Shown here one piece after another: positions 39,239 through 52,641 of a stretch of 64,000 nucleotides of DNA. The position numbers and the translations under genes were made by a program. The DNA comes from Oopsacas minuta (Eukaryota > Animalia > Porifera). The notes beneath the pieces are model-generated. The model made no database searches. It saw only the letters and a list, made by a program, of their open reading frames with translations, and was not told the DNA's origin. Location of the stretch: assembly GCA_024704765.1 (NCBI GenBank), contig JAKMXF010000295.1:372001-436000 (forward strand), in the 5' to 3' direction. The number at the start of each line of letters is the position of its first letter. The stretch's first letter is position 1.

Positions 39239-39410
39239 CAGTGGAGTCTCCCGAAACGGACACTCCGAAAAGCGGACAAGCTTCGTTGCACGGATTGAAT
39301 TTGCCAAGCATGTAATTAATACTTAGCAGTCTCTGAAGAGCAGACAATTTAACCTATACAACAGACAGAAGCCATGTCCCAAACATGTCCGTTATTTGGA
39401 GACTCAACTG
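39239..39410. mobile_element. Tigger/pogo-like MITE, 172 bp
   Basis: TA-CAGTGGAGTCTCC...ACGGACA / TGTCCGT...GGAGACTCAACTG-TA. Confidence 0.75.
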
Positions 39411-40890
39411 TATTAGTGACTAAGATATTTCTTTGCTGATCACCCATCGATATCGTTTTTCCAACCAATTTCAGAGATTTTGCATATCGGATATTTTTGC
39501 TCCTTTTGTCGTGCATCAAAGGGGGCAAAAATACCCGATTTCGACTGTTAGCCTATTCACGATATTTAAACATGGATTTAAAACAAGTAAATATAAAATT
39601 TGACAAGGTAATTCTAATATTTCGATTATATAAATTGGTACATTTGGCTCGAAAAAATATATTATCGATAGTGAATAATAAATAATACCTTCATCATCAA
39701 ACTTTATCATGCCGAAACTGAGTCATCTGATTCGAAAACAGGGAAATATGTAGTTAAAATGTGACATTTTCAAGGTCTGTTAATCGAACACTAGTGCGCG
39801 TTAGATTACAAAATAAAAAACAAATAATTCATAGATGATTCATACAAAATATAGAAATTTGTAAGAAGAAATGTATATTTTCTGTATAAAAATCCTTAGA
39901 TTAGAGCATTTAAAATGGTGCATTTACAAAAACACATCGCCCTTTTAAACAAACAGATGACGTCATTTCGAACTCGCAATAGTGTAAATTATAACTATAA
40001 AAATACAATTATTTTCAGGCAAAATGCACCAATTGTATATTAGCGAGAGAAGTAAATTGCAAGTCAAAATTAATATGCTTGAAGTAATCCTTGGTCAAGG
40101 AATTTCTAGACAGTGAACAGGCTATAGTTTCGAGGGCGTATCTGTTAAATATACCAAGTTCATGAATTTATTGAATTAACGATGAACAATTGAAATTTTA
40201 AAGCCATAGATGTGTTCATCAAATATATCATCTCACTGATTGAACATAACTGTAGATATAGTTTAGTTACAAAGAGTAACAACGGAGATCCAAACCTCTG
40301 GAAGCTAAAAATCAAGAGGTTACAGCGTTCTGGCGGGAAAAACAGTATTCAGGGATAGATAGTGGGTAGGCTGGAGACTCAAAATATATCCAATTTAATA
40401 GTTTTCTCTTGAATAGAACTAAACAATATCATTATATATTATGTTGTGTTTGTAATTACAAGTAATGAGTAGGAACATTTGAACAGTGGTCATCGCATAT
40501 AAGAACCATGATCTACAAATGGTCCATACATTCTTGTATAATAAATACAAATTTAGAAGAAAGAACATATCGATATTTTAGGTATATCAAAAAATCTAAA
40601 TATAGAACAAACTATGAAACAACCAGAGTTGGAGATATTTTTACGGGAGGAAGGAATTAAAGATGGACAGGAAGAGTTCACAGACCTGATAGCAAGATTA
40701 TAGATCAATATATAACGTAAAGGGAAAAAGCAAAAAATGGCCAATATGGTGAACGTTTATGAATAATAAATGAATTTTAACTTGGAGGACTCATTTGACG
40801 CCAGGCACAGAGAGATGATAATTGTGTTATTCAAAAATATATTAAGTAATAGAAATTAAAAAATAAGTATGATAACAACATCAAAATTAC

Positions 40891-41386
40891 CTGTAGTAAA
40901 TTTCTCAACAGATATATCTTCAGAAAGAAAGGGTAGGACAGCAAGATGTCTGCCATAAAACAACATAAGCGAACATCTGTTTTGAGGATCCACCCTTATT
41001 TCAGGACGAAATAGAGAGTTACGCACGCTATCCTTAAGTTCATCATCTTCAAACTGATGAAGTGATACAGTATGGATATCATTGTGCCAAACATCCCATT
41101 CTATGATAGACAATTTGGCATCAGAAAATGCTAACAAAAGACAATCCAATTTGGAGGACCTCTGAACAATCCGAATGGGTGCAATTGATTCAATATTTCC
41201 AAAGAGGGTTGTGTCAAATACTTGCTCCAAACGTGTTTTCGAAGCTGAGAGAGAACAGACTTGGAAAATTCTCAGCCTATTGGCTCCAGAAACTATTAGG
41301 TGTTCCTCGTATTCGGAAATAAAGTTACAAGAAATGCAATGTTCAACTGAAGTCGGCAAAAAGATCGTCTTATTTAAAGAATACAT
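40891..41386 (-). CDS. CPSF1: CPSF1 (CPSF160) coding exon 1
   Basis: Translation MYSLNKTIFLPTSVEH...LFGNIESI...LLLAFSDAKLSIIEWD...LHQFE...IRVDPQNRCSLMLFYGRHLAVLPF matches the CPSF160 N-terminus as I know it. Donor CAG|GTAATT at 40891/40890; exon is 496 nt, phase 1. Confidence 0.95.
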
Positions 41387-42221
41387 AACATAAAAAAACT
41401 ATAAGTCATTAGGAAAGAAATTAGTATTACAGAAAATCAGTATTACATGATAAAGTATGCAACACATACACTGGTCTACTCGGACACTGGATGTTGGACA
41501 AACTAGAGAACATCTTCCATTTCAAATAATTCAATAATTGAAAATCCCACGATTCGCCTGAGAGTTAGCAGAATCCAAAGCTCCACCCATCTATATATGT
41601 ATAAGGATTAGCATAGCTTAATATAACTAAGGTTTCATATACTTATGGATTTTTGACCGGAGATAAATGAGTGTGGTTTCTATATAGCAGGAACGGCTCA
41701 TATTTGCAAGAATAAATGTATTACATATATATAGAACATTATCAAACATTAAGTACAAAAAAGTAATTGAAAATAACTGAATAATACTAATTATCATTAT
41801 AATTAATAGAGCAAATCCATTTCAAGATACTTGATTTTAGTTTAGCCATTATCTAGTTCTGTTTTTTTTACAATTAATTGCTTTTGTACAGTATGTAATA
41901 ATGTATCTATGCATATATAATCATTAATATCTTTGTTTGAATTTTTTTAAATCAATTAGAATGCCAAAAATTACTCAAGGCAAAGTTAAGGAGCATCTCT
42001 TTTCCTCAGTATAGACCCGTACCAAATAACTGGTGAACAAGTATCCTCCTTCGCCATCTCCTCAAGATTCGTAGGATAAGGAGATTTTAGACTTACTGAA
42101 ATTTTCTGTTGATCCATCAAGTATTCGTATGGAGAGATTACGAAAGGTGCTCTCTACTGCTATCCTAAATTCTACTAGTAAGATTCTTTTATTTATGATT
42201 TGTCGTCGTTTTAGAATATAT

Positions 42222-44839
42222 CAGAACTGCCAACCCTCCAGGGATCCTGGATTACCCCGGGATTTGACCTCTGATCCAGGGATCCAGGGATTTACTGGAA
42301 AATCCAGGGATTCGAAAGTTTGTATCGGCCGGGTAAATTGTGAATTTTCAACTACGATGTCAATAACTATAAGTGTTACATAAAAATCAATAAGTTATTC
42401 TTCAGAACTAGATTATATATAACCTAAAAAAAATTCCAGAGATTTCCCTGGATCATCCAGGGACCCTCCTCAGACGTACTGGTAATGGTACTGGTTCTTT
42501 TTGGATTTATAATATTTGCGATATGTTTTGTTTTCTGATTTCAGTTTTAATATGGAGTATGGTTTCATTCAGAAATCTGACTCGATTACCGTTTATTATT
42601 CTCCTGATATTCATTGAGCCTATAATTTATTCTTTTTAGCTTTTTTGAATTTACTATATATATATGACTGCAAAGAGACCAAAGATATTATGTAGATACA
42701 AGGAAGAGTGGGCCAGCGTTAGAATGAAACCAAGCAAGAAAGGCGTTGGTTTTTTGTTTTGTACGATTTGTCAAGTTGATATTTGTATTTCTGGTGGTGG
42801 GAAACATGAAGTAGATCGTCATCTAAAGACAGCTAAATATAAAAGTTTGCTAGGTCAAGTAGATGAACAACCTTCTATTTCTACTGCCTAGTGGCTGCGG
42901 CATCTTTGAACCCCTTGAACAAATAAGTTATGTCAGCAGAAATATATTTCTCCTTATTTGTCGCAGACCACTTCACTCATTTGACTAAAGTTATGTTTCC
43001 TGATAGCCACATTGCTCAATCTTATTCATGTGCCCGACCAAAAACAACAGCCATTATCACTCACGCTTTAGCTCCATCTCTTAAAAATATGGTCAGCGAT
43101 ATATGCCGAGCTGAACCATTTTCAATCCTTTGTGATGGCGGCAACTATATGACAGATCATAAATATTTTACTGTCCTGGTGAGATGTTGGTGCAATAGAA
43201 ACAACCAAGCTATGACACGATTTCTGGCAATGCCAATTTGTAATATTGCAACAGCTCAAAATCTATTTGATGCTCTAAACACTGTTTTCGAAGAACGTCA
43301 TCTTCCTTGGGAAAATGTGATCGGATTTGCGTAAATACCGCAAACGTTATGGTTGGAGCCGTAACTCAATACTCAGTCGAATACGTGAAAAGCAACCACG
43401 CGTGTTCAGTCTCGGGTGCTTGTGCCACTTGGCTCACTTGTGTGGTGCTACTGCACTAAAGTATCTCCCTATATCTGTGGATGTTTTACTTATTGATGTT
43501 TTTTACCACTTCAAATATAGTGCTAAGAGATGGGAAGAATTTTCTGTGATCCAAGCTGAGTTTGAGGAAGTCAAATCAGTGAGAGTTTTGAAGCACTGCG
43601 AACCAGATGGTTGAGCCTACTTAGGTGCCTCAAACGCTTGCTTGAACAGTGGCCAGCCTTGAGAGCATATTTTGACAGGCAAATGGATATAGAACCGAAA
43701 AACAACCATGTTAAAAGAGTCACTGACTCTTTAAATAGTTTGAAGGTAAAATTAATTTGTACATTTGCACACTTCGCTCTTCAGCCACCCAACAAATTTA
43801 CTATACTATTTCAAACTCATGCTAGCCGCATCGGTGCCATAAAAGAAGATACACTATTACTTCTTCGTGGTTATTTAGCTAATTTTATACAACCTGAAAT
43901 AATTATCGCTACAGTTGATATTCTAACCATTGACTATCGTAACAAAGTGAACCAGTTACCTAGGAATAGTCTAGTGGTTGGGAATGACATTTTAGATCTT
44001 ATTCCAGAGTTTGAAGATGAAATACATGGTACCGTAATGGGTGACAGGTTCTACGATAGTGTCCGCTTGTTTTATGAGACTGTTGTCTCAAAAATGCTCG
44101 CTAAGTTCCCTCACAGGAACGCTACATTAAGCGATTTAGCGTTTCTTAACCCTCGTAATCATACACATTGTTGTATCCAATCCATTACACGCCTCTGTAA
44201 ACAATTCATGACTACTACTTCTGAGGAAATTGACCAAATAATTCAAGAGTTTGTTGCTTATAAGATTACACCAGATAATCAGCTTCCATCATATAACCCA
44301 ACTGATATAGCTGCTATTGACCATTTCTGGTCAGCAATGAGCACCCTACCGCATTCAAATGCTGATCCATAACGTTTATTCAGCATGGTTAAAAAAATTA
44401 AGACTGATTCCCGTTCTTTATTGAGCCCATCCACAACATGTGATCTGCTCAATATAAAGATGAATCACGATACAGCTTGTTACTTAAGTCAGGATCTTAT
44501 TTCTGAAGAATTGATAGATATTGCCAAGAAAGCTACGCGGAAAAGCCTTGAAAAGGAGAATTGAATATTTTAGATATCATTTATTACCTTACTTTTATAG
44601 ACTATTGTTACTTCTTGAAAAGTAAACTACTTTCGAATTTTTTATGTAGCTTTTCACCCAATCGAGGGCCGAAAGCCACAATGCAGACTCTGTTATTACT
44701 TATAGGTATTAATAAATATTAGAATTATTCTAAATGGGAGAATATAAAATGTATTTTATATATTCAATATTGGGCCCGTAAATCCAGGGATTTTAACATA
44801 TCAATCCAGGGAATTATCAACGAAAGGTTGGTAAGTCTG
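42222..44839 (+). mobile_element. hAT element, 2618 bp, decayed transposase 42664 to about 44520
   Basis: TIR CAGAACTGCCAACC / GGTTGGTAAGTCTG and repeated ATCCAGGGA subterminal motifs. BED-like FCTICQ...H...H, FSILCDG, ANVMVG, GCLCHLAHL, hATC-like C-terminus. Confidence 0.85.
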
Positions 44840-45499
44840 ATATATGCTGTTTCTTCTTTACTTTGGTAATTAATAGCTGGTAGGTATTGGTCCCAAAAAT
44901 CATGCACAGTATGGTGGGACCCACTGTTGGGTTTCATAACTTAAATCTGGGTACAGTAAACGTAATTAAGCTAATTTTAGCATACAGAGAGTACAATTCT
45001 AAAGGCTCAGCTGGCTCTCTTACTCCTATACTGGATAAATCACCTCATTCTTCTCCTGCTCATTCTAACTTAATATCACCTCTATACTATTGCCACCAGC
45101 ACCTGGCTTTTCAGACGAAGGTTTTTCTCCACCACGAACAGTCTTAATACCAGATTCTACACCTCATTCTATTAAATCTGAGTCTAACTTAAGTGTATTT
45201 CTAGCTTGTTCAGAGTCTTACGATTTAGGGCAAGAGGTTGAAATCTGCACTGATAGTATAGATGAAACTGATAGTATTAAGTAAACAACCAAACCCTTCG
45301 ATTATTCTGAAAATAGTGTCTCAGAATCTCAAGAGCAATCCACTGTGAGTGTAAATCGGGACGAAGACATCGCGACTGCTTTGAGTGACTTATTGGGAAT
45401 GACACAATACTTAGTGACGCTACAATTCACACTTTCATGTTATGTTTTATGAACACGTTATGTTTATTTTTAAGAAATGAAAAGCATTTATTAGTGAAT

Positions 45500-45920
45500 A
45501 TTTTCCATAGACATTCTCCGTAATGAATTTCCTCATTCTCTTGGGCTGCAGAATATTGTTGTAGTTCATATTGTATATAAACCTCAACCACATATTAGTA
45601 TCCAAATACATCATGAAATCTGTAGAGAGCATTGAGTAGTTCCTTGTGCGGATAAAAAAGGTACTGTTAATATATTTAATTCACTGTTTGATACGATCAG
45701 AGAACAGGTGGATATTCAGGTACAGATTTACCCTCAGGAATATTGTTTCGGCAAAAAGTTCAACAACAACGAGGAGCGTCAGCTTTTGGAATGTGCTAGT
45801 GCTGTTTGCACAGCTCTAGTACTCAAAATCAATCCTTCTTCATGTAGGTGGGATCAAAGTCAAATGTGATCTCATCTGTCTAAATGTCTAATTTCACAGT
45901 ATACATCTCCGTTCCCTACA
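45500..45920 (+). pseudogene. Ulp1/SENP (C48) protease-like remnant
   Basis: Hand translation: FPHSLGLQ...IQIHH....EH*VV...VNIFNSL...QKVQQQRGASAFG...DQSQM*SHL.KCL...SPFP. Matches the HW...YDSL...QQ.G..DCG pattern, with catalytic positions degraded. Confidence 0.6.
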
Positions 45921-46439
45921 CTTCAGAAGGATCTGAGCCAATTTAGGGAGAGTACCCGGAATCAATGAATTTCGCCTCTTCTGTTTATGTGACATGCCTA
46001 AATTCTATAGTCAATACATGGTACAATGCACTATCTATGTTAAATTGTTCCACAATCCATGTGAGTCTCCCTTAATTGAACTGGGGAGGAAAATTTGGCT
46101 AACAAATTTAAATATCCTAATTATTACTCTATTGTTTGTTAACTGGTGCCCTTGTAACTTTTGAACTAGAATGAGTGTATATGTTATAGGAGATGTTGAC
46201 GATTTGATAGTATATGGCTTCAATACAGTGTACTTTTATAGTTTCTAATACCATTAGTAAGCAAACTGATAATTTAGCCAAGTATATTACGATATATATA
46301 ATATACTTATTTAGGAATGGTACGTACTAAACGCCCCCAATCCCTGTGTTTGGGGTCAACTAACAAGGAATAGCCAAGTATACTGCAAAATTGACTTTCA
46401 TGTTTCGTGGTAGATTTTAATCTTCTTCAGATATTACTT

Positions 46440-49150
46440 TCTTGTTTTTCATTCCATCGTAATGGTAATGATTTTTTCCAATAACAGTTTATAGGGTAAA
46501 ATTATTACCAAAAGGAAGTGTGTACCCAAGGACCTTAGAGTGTTGGAGTTTGTCTTGATGAATTATCTGAATTTTCTCTTCCAGAACTTTAAGGTTGCCC
46601 AATTCTAAAATTAGTAATAATAGAGACAATTGGATAAAATCTCCTTGTAATTGTATAACTTCATTTTGACGCTTGCATATTTTACATAAGAGAGTGGTAA
46701 TCTTACTTTCGATGGTAATTTGACAGCTGTTTGTGAATTTATCGAATGTGGTGACGTTAATTATCTTAGAAATTTCTTGAAAGCAGCCCGAACACTTTAT
46801 CTGATATTTATACTTCATGCAACTTTATCCAGTGTTAGTTAAACATTTTACCATTGTATACCCTGATCCATAAAAGTCAACTGCAAAGAAGTTTTCAAGA
46901 ATTCCCATCTCTTTTGATAGGCTATAACGTAATAATTCAAATTTTCCAAGCTGTATTTTCGTTAAGAACTCGTTTATTTCAGTACCCAGCTCTTTCTGTA
47001 GGTATCCGAATGCTAACCTAATAGGATCGATCTGCAAGCTAATTAGAGTGAGAAAATTGTCGATAGGACGTGTATTTATTAATTGTGTTCCGTTATATTC
47101 ACCTCCTTACATAGCACAAAAGAGTTCTAATTGAGAAAGAGATGGAGCAAGATCAGGTATTTCACCTATATGAACGTTTAGGGAATAGCAATGAGATGAT
47201 TTCTCTCGAATATTCTTGTTTATTACTTCAGCGAGTGGGATTGAGGATGAATGTGACTCTTTCGGAGACTTTTGCGAATTGTAGATGTTACTTTAGATTT
47301 CAACTTGTGTGATCCTAGTAAAGCTTTAATATTATCAGAATTTTACACGTGGAATTAGATTTTGGATGACACTCAGAGGACAAATACAACCACTGACTTT
47401 ACAAGGACAAGGTTTCGTTGCACAATTTCCTCTACATAGACATTTGTTTTTTCTTCCACGAGAAAAAAGATTAGCAATTGTATGCATTTTGATTTCTGTT
47501 GTAGGTATATCTTGAACACTTAGATAGGATGAGTCTGTCCAAAGTGCGATCTCGCCCCTCGAATAATTCCGGTCTAAAATTCCCTTTTCAGTTCCTACAC
47601 GGTATGAGTTGTTTGACACTTTGGTTATCACGCCTAAAATATGATTTGGACCTAGTTTCCTTTATCTACTTTGGGGATAGGTACCCTTACATTATCCCCA
47701 ATACTCAGTAGAGGAAGCGTTAGGGCTGTGTTAAGAAGCATCTTGTCTGCCTGAACCTTTTGTGCTCGTTGTACAGCAAGCTGAGTTTGTTTATGCTACA
47801 ATTTCCCTGTACATTGCAACTTCTTACAATAGGTATACTTAAGAGACTGTCCTCTTAGCGGTGATAGTGTGTTGAAGCATAGTTTGTGCCCGATTAAACT
47901 GCACCCATCACAAAACACTCTTTCTCCTCCAACTGATAACTTACAAACTTTGCACGTTCTACAATCAGGAAGCGTATAAACACTTGCTCCTAAAGTCTTT
48001 ACATCAATATTTATTTCAATGTCATACTCATCCGAGTCAGATTCAGTCTCATACTCCTCTTTCATCATACTTGTGTCACTATGAGATTCCAGATTTTCTC
48101 TAATTGACCACCTGGTTCATTGCCGAAATCATGATTCAATACTTTAATATCTTCGACGTCGTTAATAGAACTGCGCAATTCTTCTGGCGAATGGAAATCA
48201 CATAATCTTCTGGGGGGATCTCTGTTATATAGGATTCTATAGCGACTGTTCTTACAAACGCTGTGTACAATAGTGTTCTTCATGTAGGCGACTTTTTCTA
48301 ATTCACTTACCCAATTTGAATGTTTAAATTTATCAAGCAAACTTGTGAGAATATTTTCCACCCGCTTGTTAGCACTCTCAACAGAGCCTTGCGCTTGTGG
48401 GTGTTGTGGCTTAACATGAATTATTTTTGTTGATGGCTACAATTGATTTAGAGTAACTAACAGCAGATGGTTATCAAATTCTTTTCCATTGTCACTTTGT
48501 AAATTACAAGGAGCACCCAAAGTATAGAAGACACTTACCAAAGTAGAAGCTACTTCTACAGCACATTTTCTCTTCAATGGGCGTAACACTACCCATTTTG
48601 TAAAATGATCTTGTTAGTTTGGGTATCCAACTATATTCACCATCGGGATTACTTCTCATATCAATGAGATCAACTTGACCTCTAGCTCCGAATTCGTCAG
48701 ACAAGATTGGCTTGGTTACCAGTGACTTTTGTGATTTTTTCAGTATTCTGCCTTGATGTACGGGACTTTGCGAAATAAATATCTTTAACAATTCAATATT
48801 TATGAAATACCCTTGTTCTCTGATTTTTGTATGTAAGGAATTCCATCCTCCATAGCCAGTTTGTTCCCAACACCAATTAATTTTATCAAATAAGTTCTCA
48901 AACGGAATTACTATAAGTGATCGATTTGTAGTTACTTTCGAGTATGGGTCAATGAATCTTAGTTCTTTACATTGCTTACCTCTATAAGATTGAAACTTTG
49001 CACTGAACACTCATCTCTTTTTGTCTTCGGACCAGAATCTAATATGTCGATCTTCTTTTGTATTTCGAACTTGGTCCAGGCACGACATTGTGGATTCTTC
49101 CTCTTTAACTTAACTACTTCATCGAATTTCTTTTGTGGTAATTTTCAGTT
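46440..49150 (-). mobile_element. Integrase-type (Ginger-like, KRBA2-type rve) transposon remnant: integrase, PHD, CXC, USP-like protease
   Basis: QVDLIDM, YQDHFTKW, LQSDNGKEF, HPQAQGSVESAN (rve DDE); CKVC...VFCDGC...H..C PHD; CLCRGNCATKPCPCK; then NT(R)PIDNFL...C.GC...CKIC...GNNF...YHYDGM. No TIR identified. Confidence 0.75.
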
Positions 49151-49527
49151 ATTTTAAGCATCAATTAAAAACATTTAGGTTTACCATTTGTTTGTGGAAT
49201 CGTGCTATCGTACGATAGTACGATGATCGAAGCATGTCAGTTATAACTTGTTGAAGTCACACAATTCACTTAAAAACTGTATTGAAGCCATATATCATCA
49301 AATCCCCAACATCTCCTATGACATATATTTTATGTACATTCATTATATTTATACAAATTTATCCTCTGTATCTCTGTTGGTCTGGAATAAGGGAATTGAC
49401 AAGGACATCAGATTTTTCAGTTTAGCTCTAAATGGCTTCACTTAATTATGATAATGATTAGTTTGCACACCTACTGACTACTGAATAGCTACTCAGGTGA
49501 TAAAGGTCATCTAGGGACCTGTTGTAT

Positions 49528-52500
49528 CAGGGGCGTAGATCCCGGGGGATGTCTATGTAATCATCCCCCTACATTTTAACTTTTGAGGTACGTCTACATT
49601 ATTTTTGCTCTCAAATCTTTTAGTATCAGCAGATTATCCTCTTGGTATATTCAAATTACACTGTTCTCGAGTATGTTTTAAAAGATACGAATCTGAGATG
49701 TCATTCCCTTCCTAATCCTTGAAATATATGCTATAATCCGGATAAATGTATACTTGTAAATAATCACTATCGTGTGTATTAATATTTCGCACTCGTAGAG
49801 TCTCTTCGAATAATTGTCACTAGTTTTCTTAATTTAGTATTGATCATTTTCTTTTAGAATACATATCAATTTGTGTCTCAGCGTAATTAACTATACATGT
49901 TAAATCGAAATGATGACAAAGTATATAAATGGTTCTGAATACTGTCAACTTACATCACATAACTAGTTCTCAATCAAGTAATTTAAGTTATGTACTAACA
50001 ACAATTTCTTTTTAGTAATTCTTTCTTAGATCAGTTATTATGTCTAGTAATCCAAACGAGTCAAAATTACAGCTTTTTTCTGTTCTGGTCAACCATGTAA
50101 CCTAACTTCAGAGCTGGATATCGCAGAAGAATCCACAGATCCATCTGATATTGATTTATATGCGAACACTATTTCTACTGAAATAACATCTCCAGGTACC
50201 ACTTCAAATGAAGAGATAAATTTTACTCAGCCTATTCAACGCCAGGATATCGCTAGTATACCACCGAATAGAACAAAGACTCAGAACGTTTATTTTCAGA
50301 AGGCTTGGTTTGAAAAGTATCCATGGATTCACTATATACCGAGTTTAAAGCGAGTCGTATGTTTCACATGTTCAAAAGCTGCTAGACTTAAATTATTAGA
50401 AAATGTACCAGCTATTGAATTATCTTTTGTTTCTGAAGGCTTTAAAAATTGGAAAAGGCAACACAACAATTTATTGAACATCAATACTCTCAATTACACA
50501 AGCTTGCTAAATACAAGATGAGTACTATAGATATACCTTCAGTGGCTGTACTTTTGGATTCTCAAATTATTCAGCAGCAACAAATCTAGAAAATCTTTAC
50601 TTAATTTTCACTTCTGTAAGATATTTACCTCGTCAGGGAATTGCTTTTCGTGGACATTCTGAAGAAAGTGGTCATCTTTGGCAATTATTGAAACTTAGAG
50701 GAGAAGACGATGCCAACTTATTTCAATATTTATCTAAAAGTACCAATTTCAGTTCTCCTCAAGGGCAAGAGGAGATGATGAATCTCTTTAGTCATTGTAT
50801 TGTGAATCAAATTGCTGATAAAATACGTGCTAATGGAGTATTAAGGTATCATGGTAGACGGTACATAAGAGATCACAGGTGAAGAACAAGAATCTATATG
50901 TATTCGCCATGTGGACTCTGAATTAGAAGTTCATGAGTATTTTATAGCTTTATACGAAATCAGTGTAACAACTGGAGGGAATATTACAAAAATGTTATAC
51001 CACATTATTATTCGATTGAATATGATCATTAATCAATTACGCGCTCAGACATACGATGGAGCTGCTAACGTTAGCGGAAGTTATAATGGATGTCAAGCTA
51101 GAGTCAAGGAAATTCAATAGCTTGCACTTTTTTTCCATTGTGGTTCGCATAAAGCTAACTTAGTCATGCAATAATCACTAATCTCTTATCAATTGGCACG
51201 TAATTCTATTCAATGGGTGCATGAATTGGGATTCTTTATGCAAACTCTAGAAAGTATAAGGTAATCATCTTTATTATATTGTTAAATTATTTAAATAATT
51301 ATAATCATCTATTGATCTTCATAATTTAGGCTATATTTAATGAAGTAGCAAAGGAACATAATTCCGAAAGTATTGTTTCAACTCCGAATATCCGACCATT
51401 ATGTCCAACTCGTTGGCTCACTAGGTATTCAACGATCAAATCAGTAGTTGATAACTATTTAGCAGTAATCAAGAGCTCAAAAGAAATGTCACTCAGTGAA
51501 AGTACAACTACAGCCACCAAAGCTAATGGACTACTAGATAGATTTCAGAAGGCAGAGACTCTATCGGGCCTATTAATGTCCTTAAAACCTATTTACTTAT
51601 TGGAACAGCTAAACAAATCATTACAGGGAAAATCTATGAATGTATCATGTAAAGATCTCTTTTGTATTTTGTTAAGTTATTGCAAACAATTAAAATCAAT
51701 TGTAAATTCAAAATCAATTCTAGGTATGCTTTCAGCAGTTAGCATGGTACATGTACAATTGGAGTTATGATTAACACAAGAGTCATTTGACAATATTTTA
51801 GCCAAGTTCAAGATCAAACAGAAGAATATTGTCTCGATGAACTTAAAATTCCCAGAAGAAGATATCCACCTAAAGATATTCTTCAGGAAATATACTCAGC
51901 TAATAATGACAATGCAACGTATTCTATCTGAAAGGTATGACGTTAGTAAAACCAGTTTAAAACAAGATGAAAAATTGGAAACTATATTACTCAGTGGAGG
52001 AGTAAATATAGAATTAATTGGGCAATATCCAGAATTAGAAAAGCATACATTATCAACTCAACTTGCATTATTCAGAGAAAATGTTAATCTAGAAAGTATT
52101 GTAGAAGCTAAAATTGGTTATAGAAAAATGCATTTGGAAGTATGAAATCTCTTCCCACAAGTACAAACTCTAATAAAATTATTACTCGTATGTCCGGTAT
52201 CTTCTTGCGAATGTGAAAGGAGTTTTCTGGATTAAGAAGCTAAAGACTTGGCTCAGGGATTCAATGACTCGAAAACGTGTGAATTCAGTATGTGTATGTA
52301 ATGTTCACAAAGAAATTCTTGATGGAATAAATATCGCTACACTAGCAAAAGAGTTTTCGCAAGAAGTGAAATACGCCAAAAATATTTGGCAATTTCGAAT
52401 AATTTATACTTTAATCTAGATCTGTTAAATCAATAGGTTATTTTCACACTACCAAGTATAAACTATATTATATATACTATGATCTATGTTCTTAGCTGTT

Positions 52501-52641
52501 TTGATTATTGTCTATCTATCTTTTTGTCGAGTTAGGAAGTTTAATGACTACGATTATGGCATATTCATATTTGTCATATGTAGAAAAGTGCTAGTTTGAA
52601 ATTCTCCATCCTCCCAGAAAAATTTTTGATCTACGCCCCTG
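49528..52641 (+). mobile_element. hAT element (ZMYM1/TTF-type Zn finger transposase), 3114 bp
   Basis: Perfect 14-bp TIR CAGGGGCGTAGATC. FQKAWFEKYPW, RQGIAFRGH, LRAQTYDGAANVSG, CPTRW and hATC motifs; two apparent short introns. No TSD match. Confidence 0.85.

Larger units (their letters stand above)
25239..40890 (-). other. CPSF1 intron 1 (15,652 bp, GT-AG, transposon-filled)
   Basis: Bounded by the splice sites above. The protein is collinear across the junction (…EKFTT-D-CETVSL…), so no missing exon is needed. Confidence 0.9.

Noticed and set aside
10134-40890. Antisense bias of intronic TEs (about 6-7 antisense vs 3-4 sense)
   Set aside because: Counts are too small to distinguish from chance.
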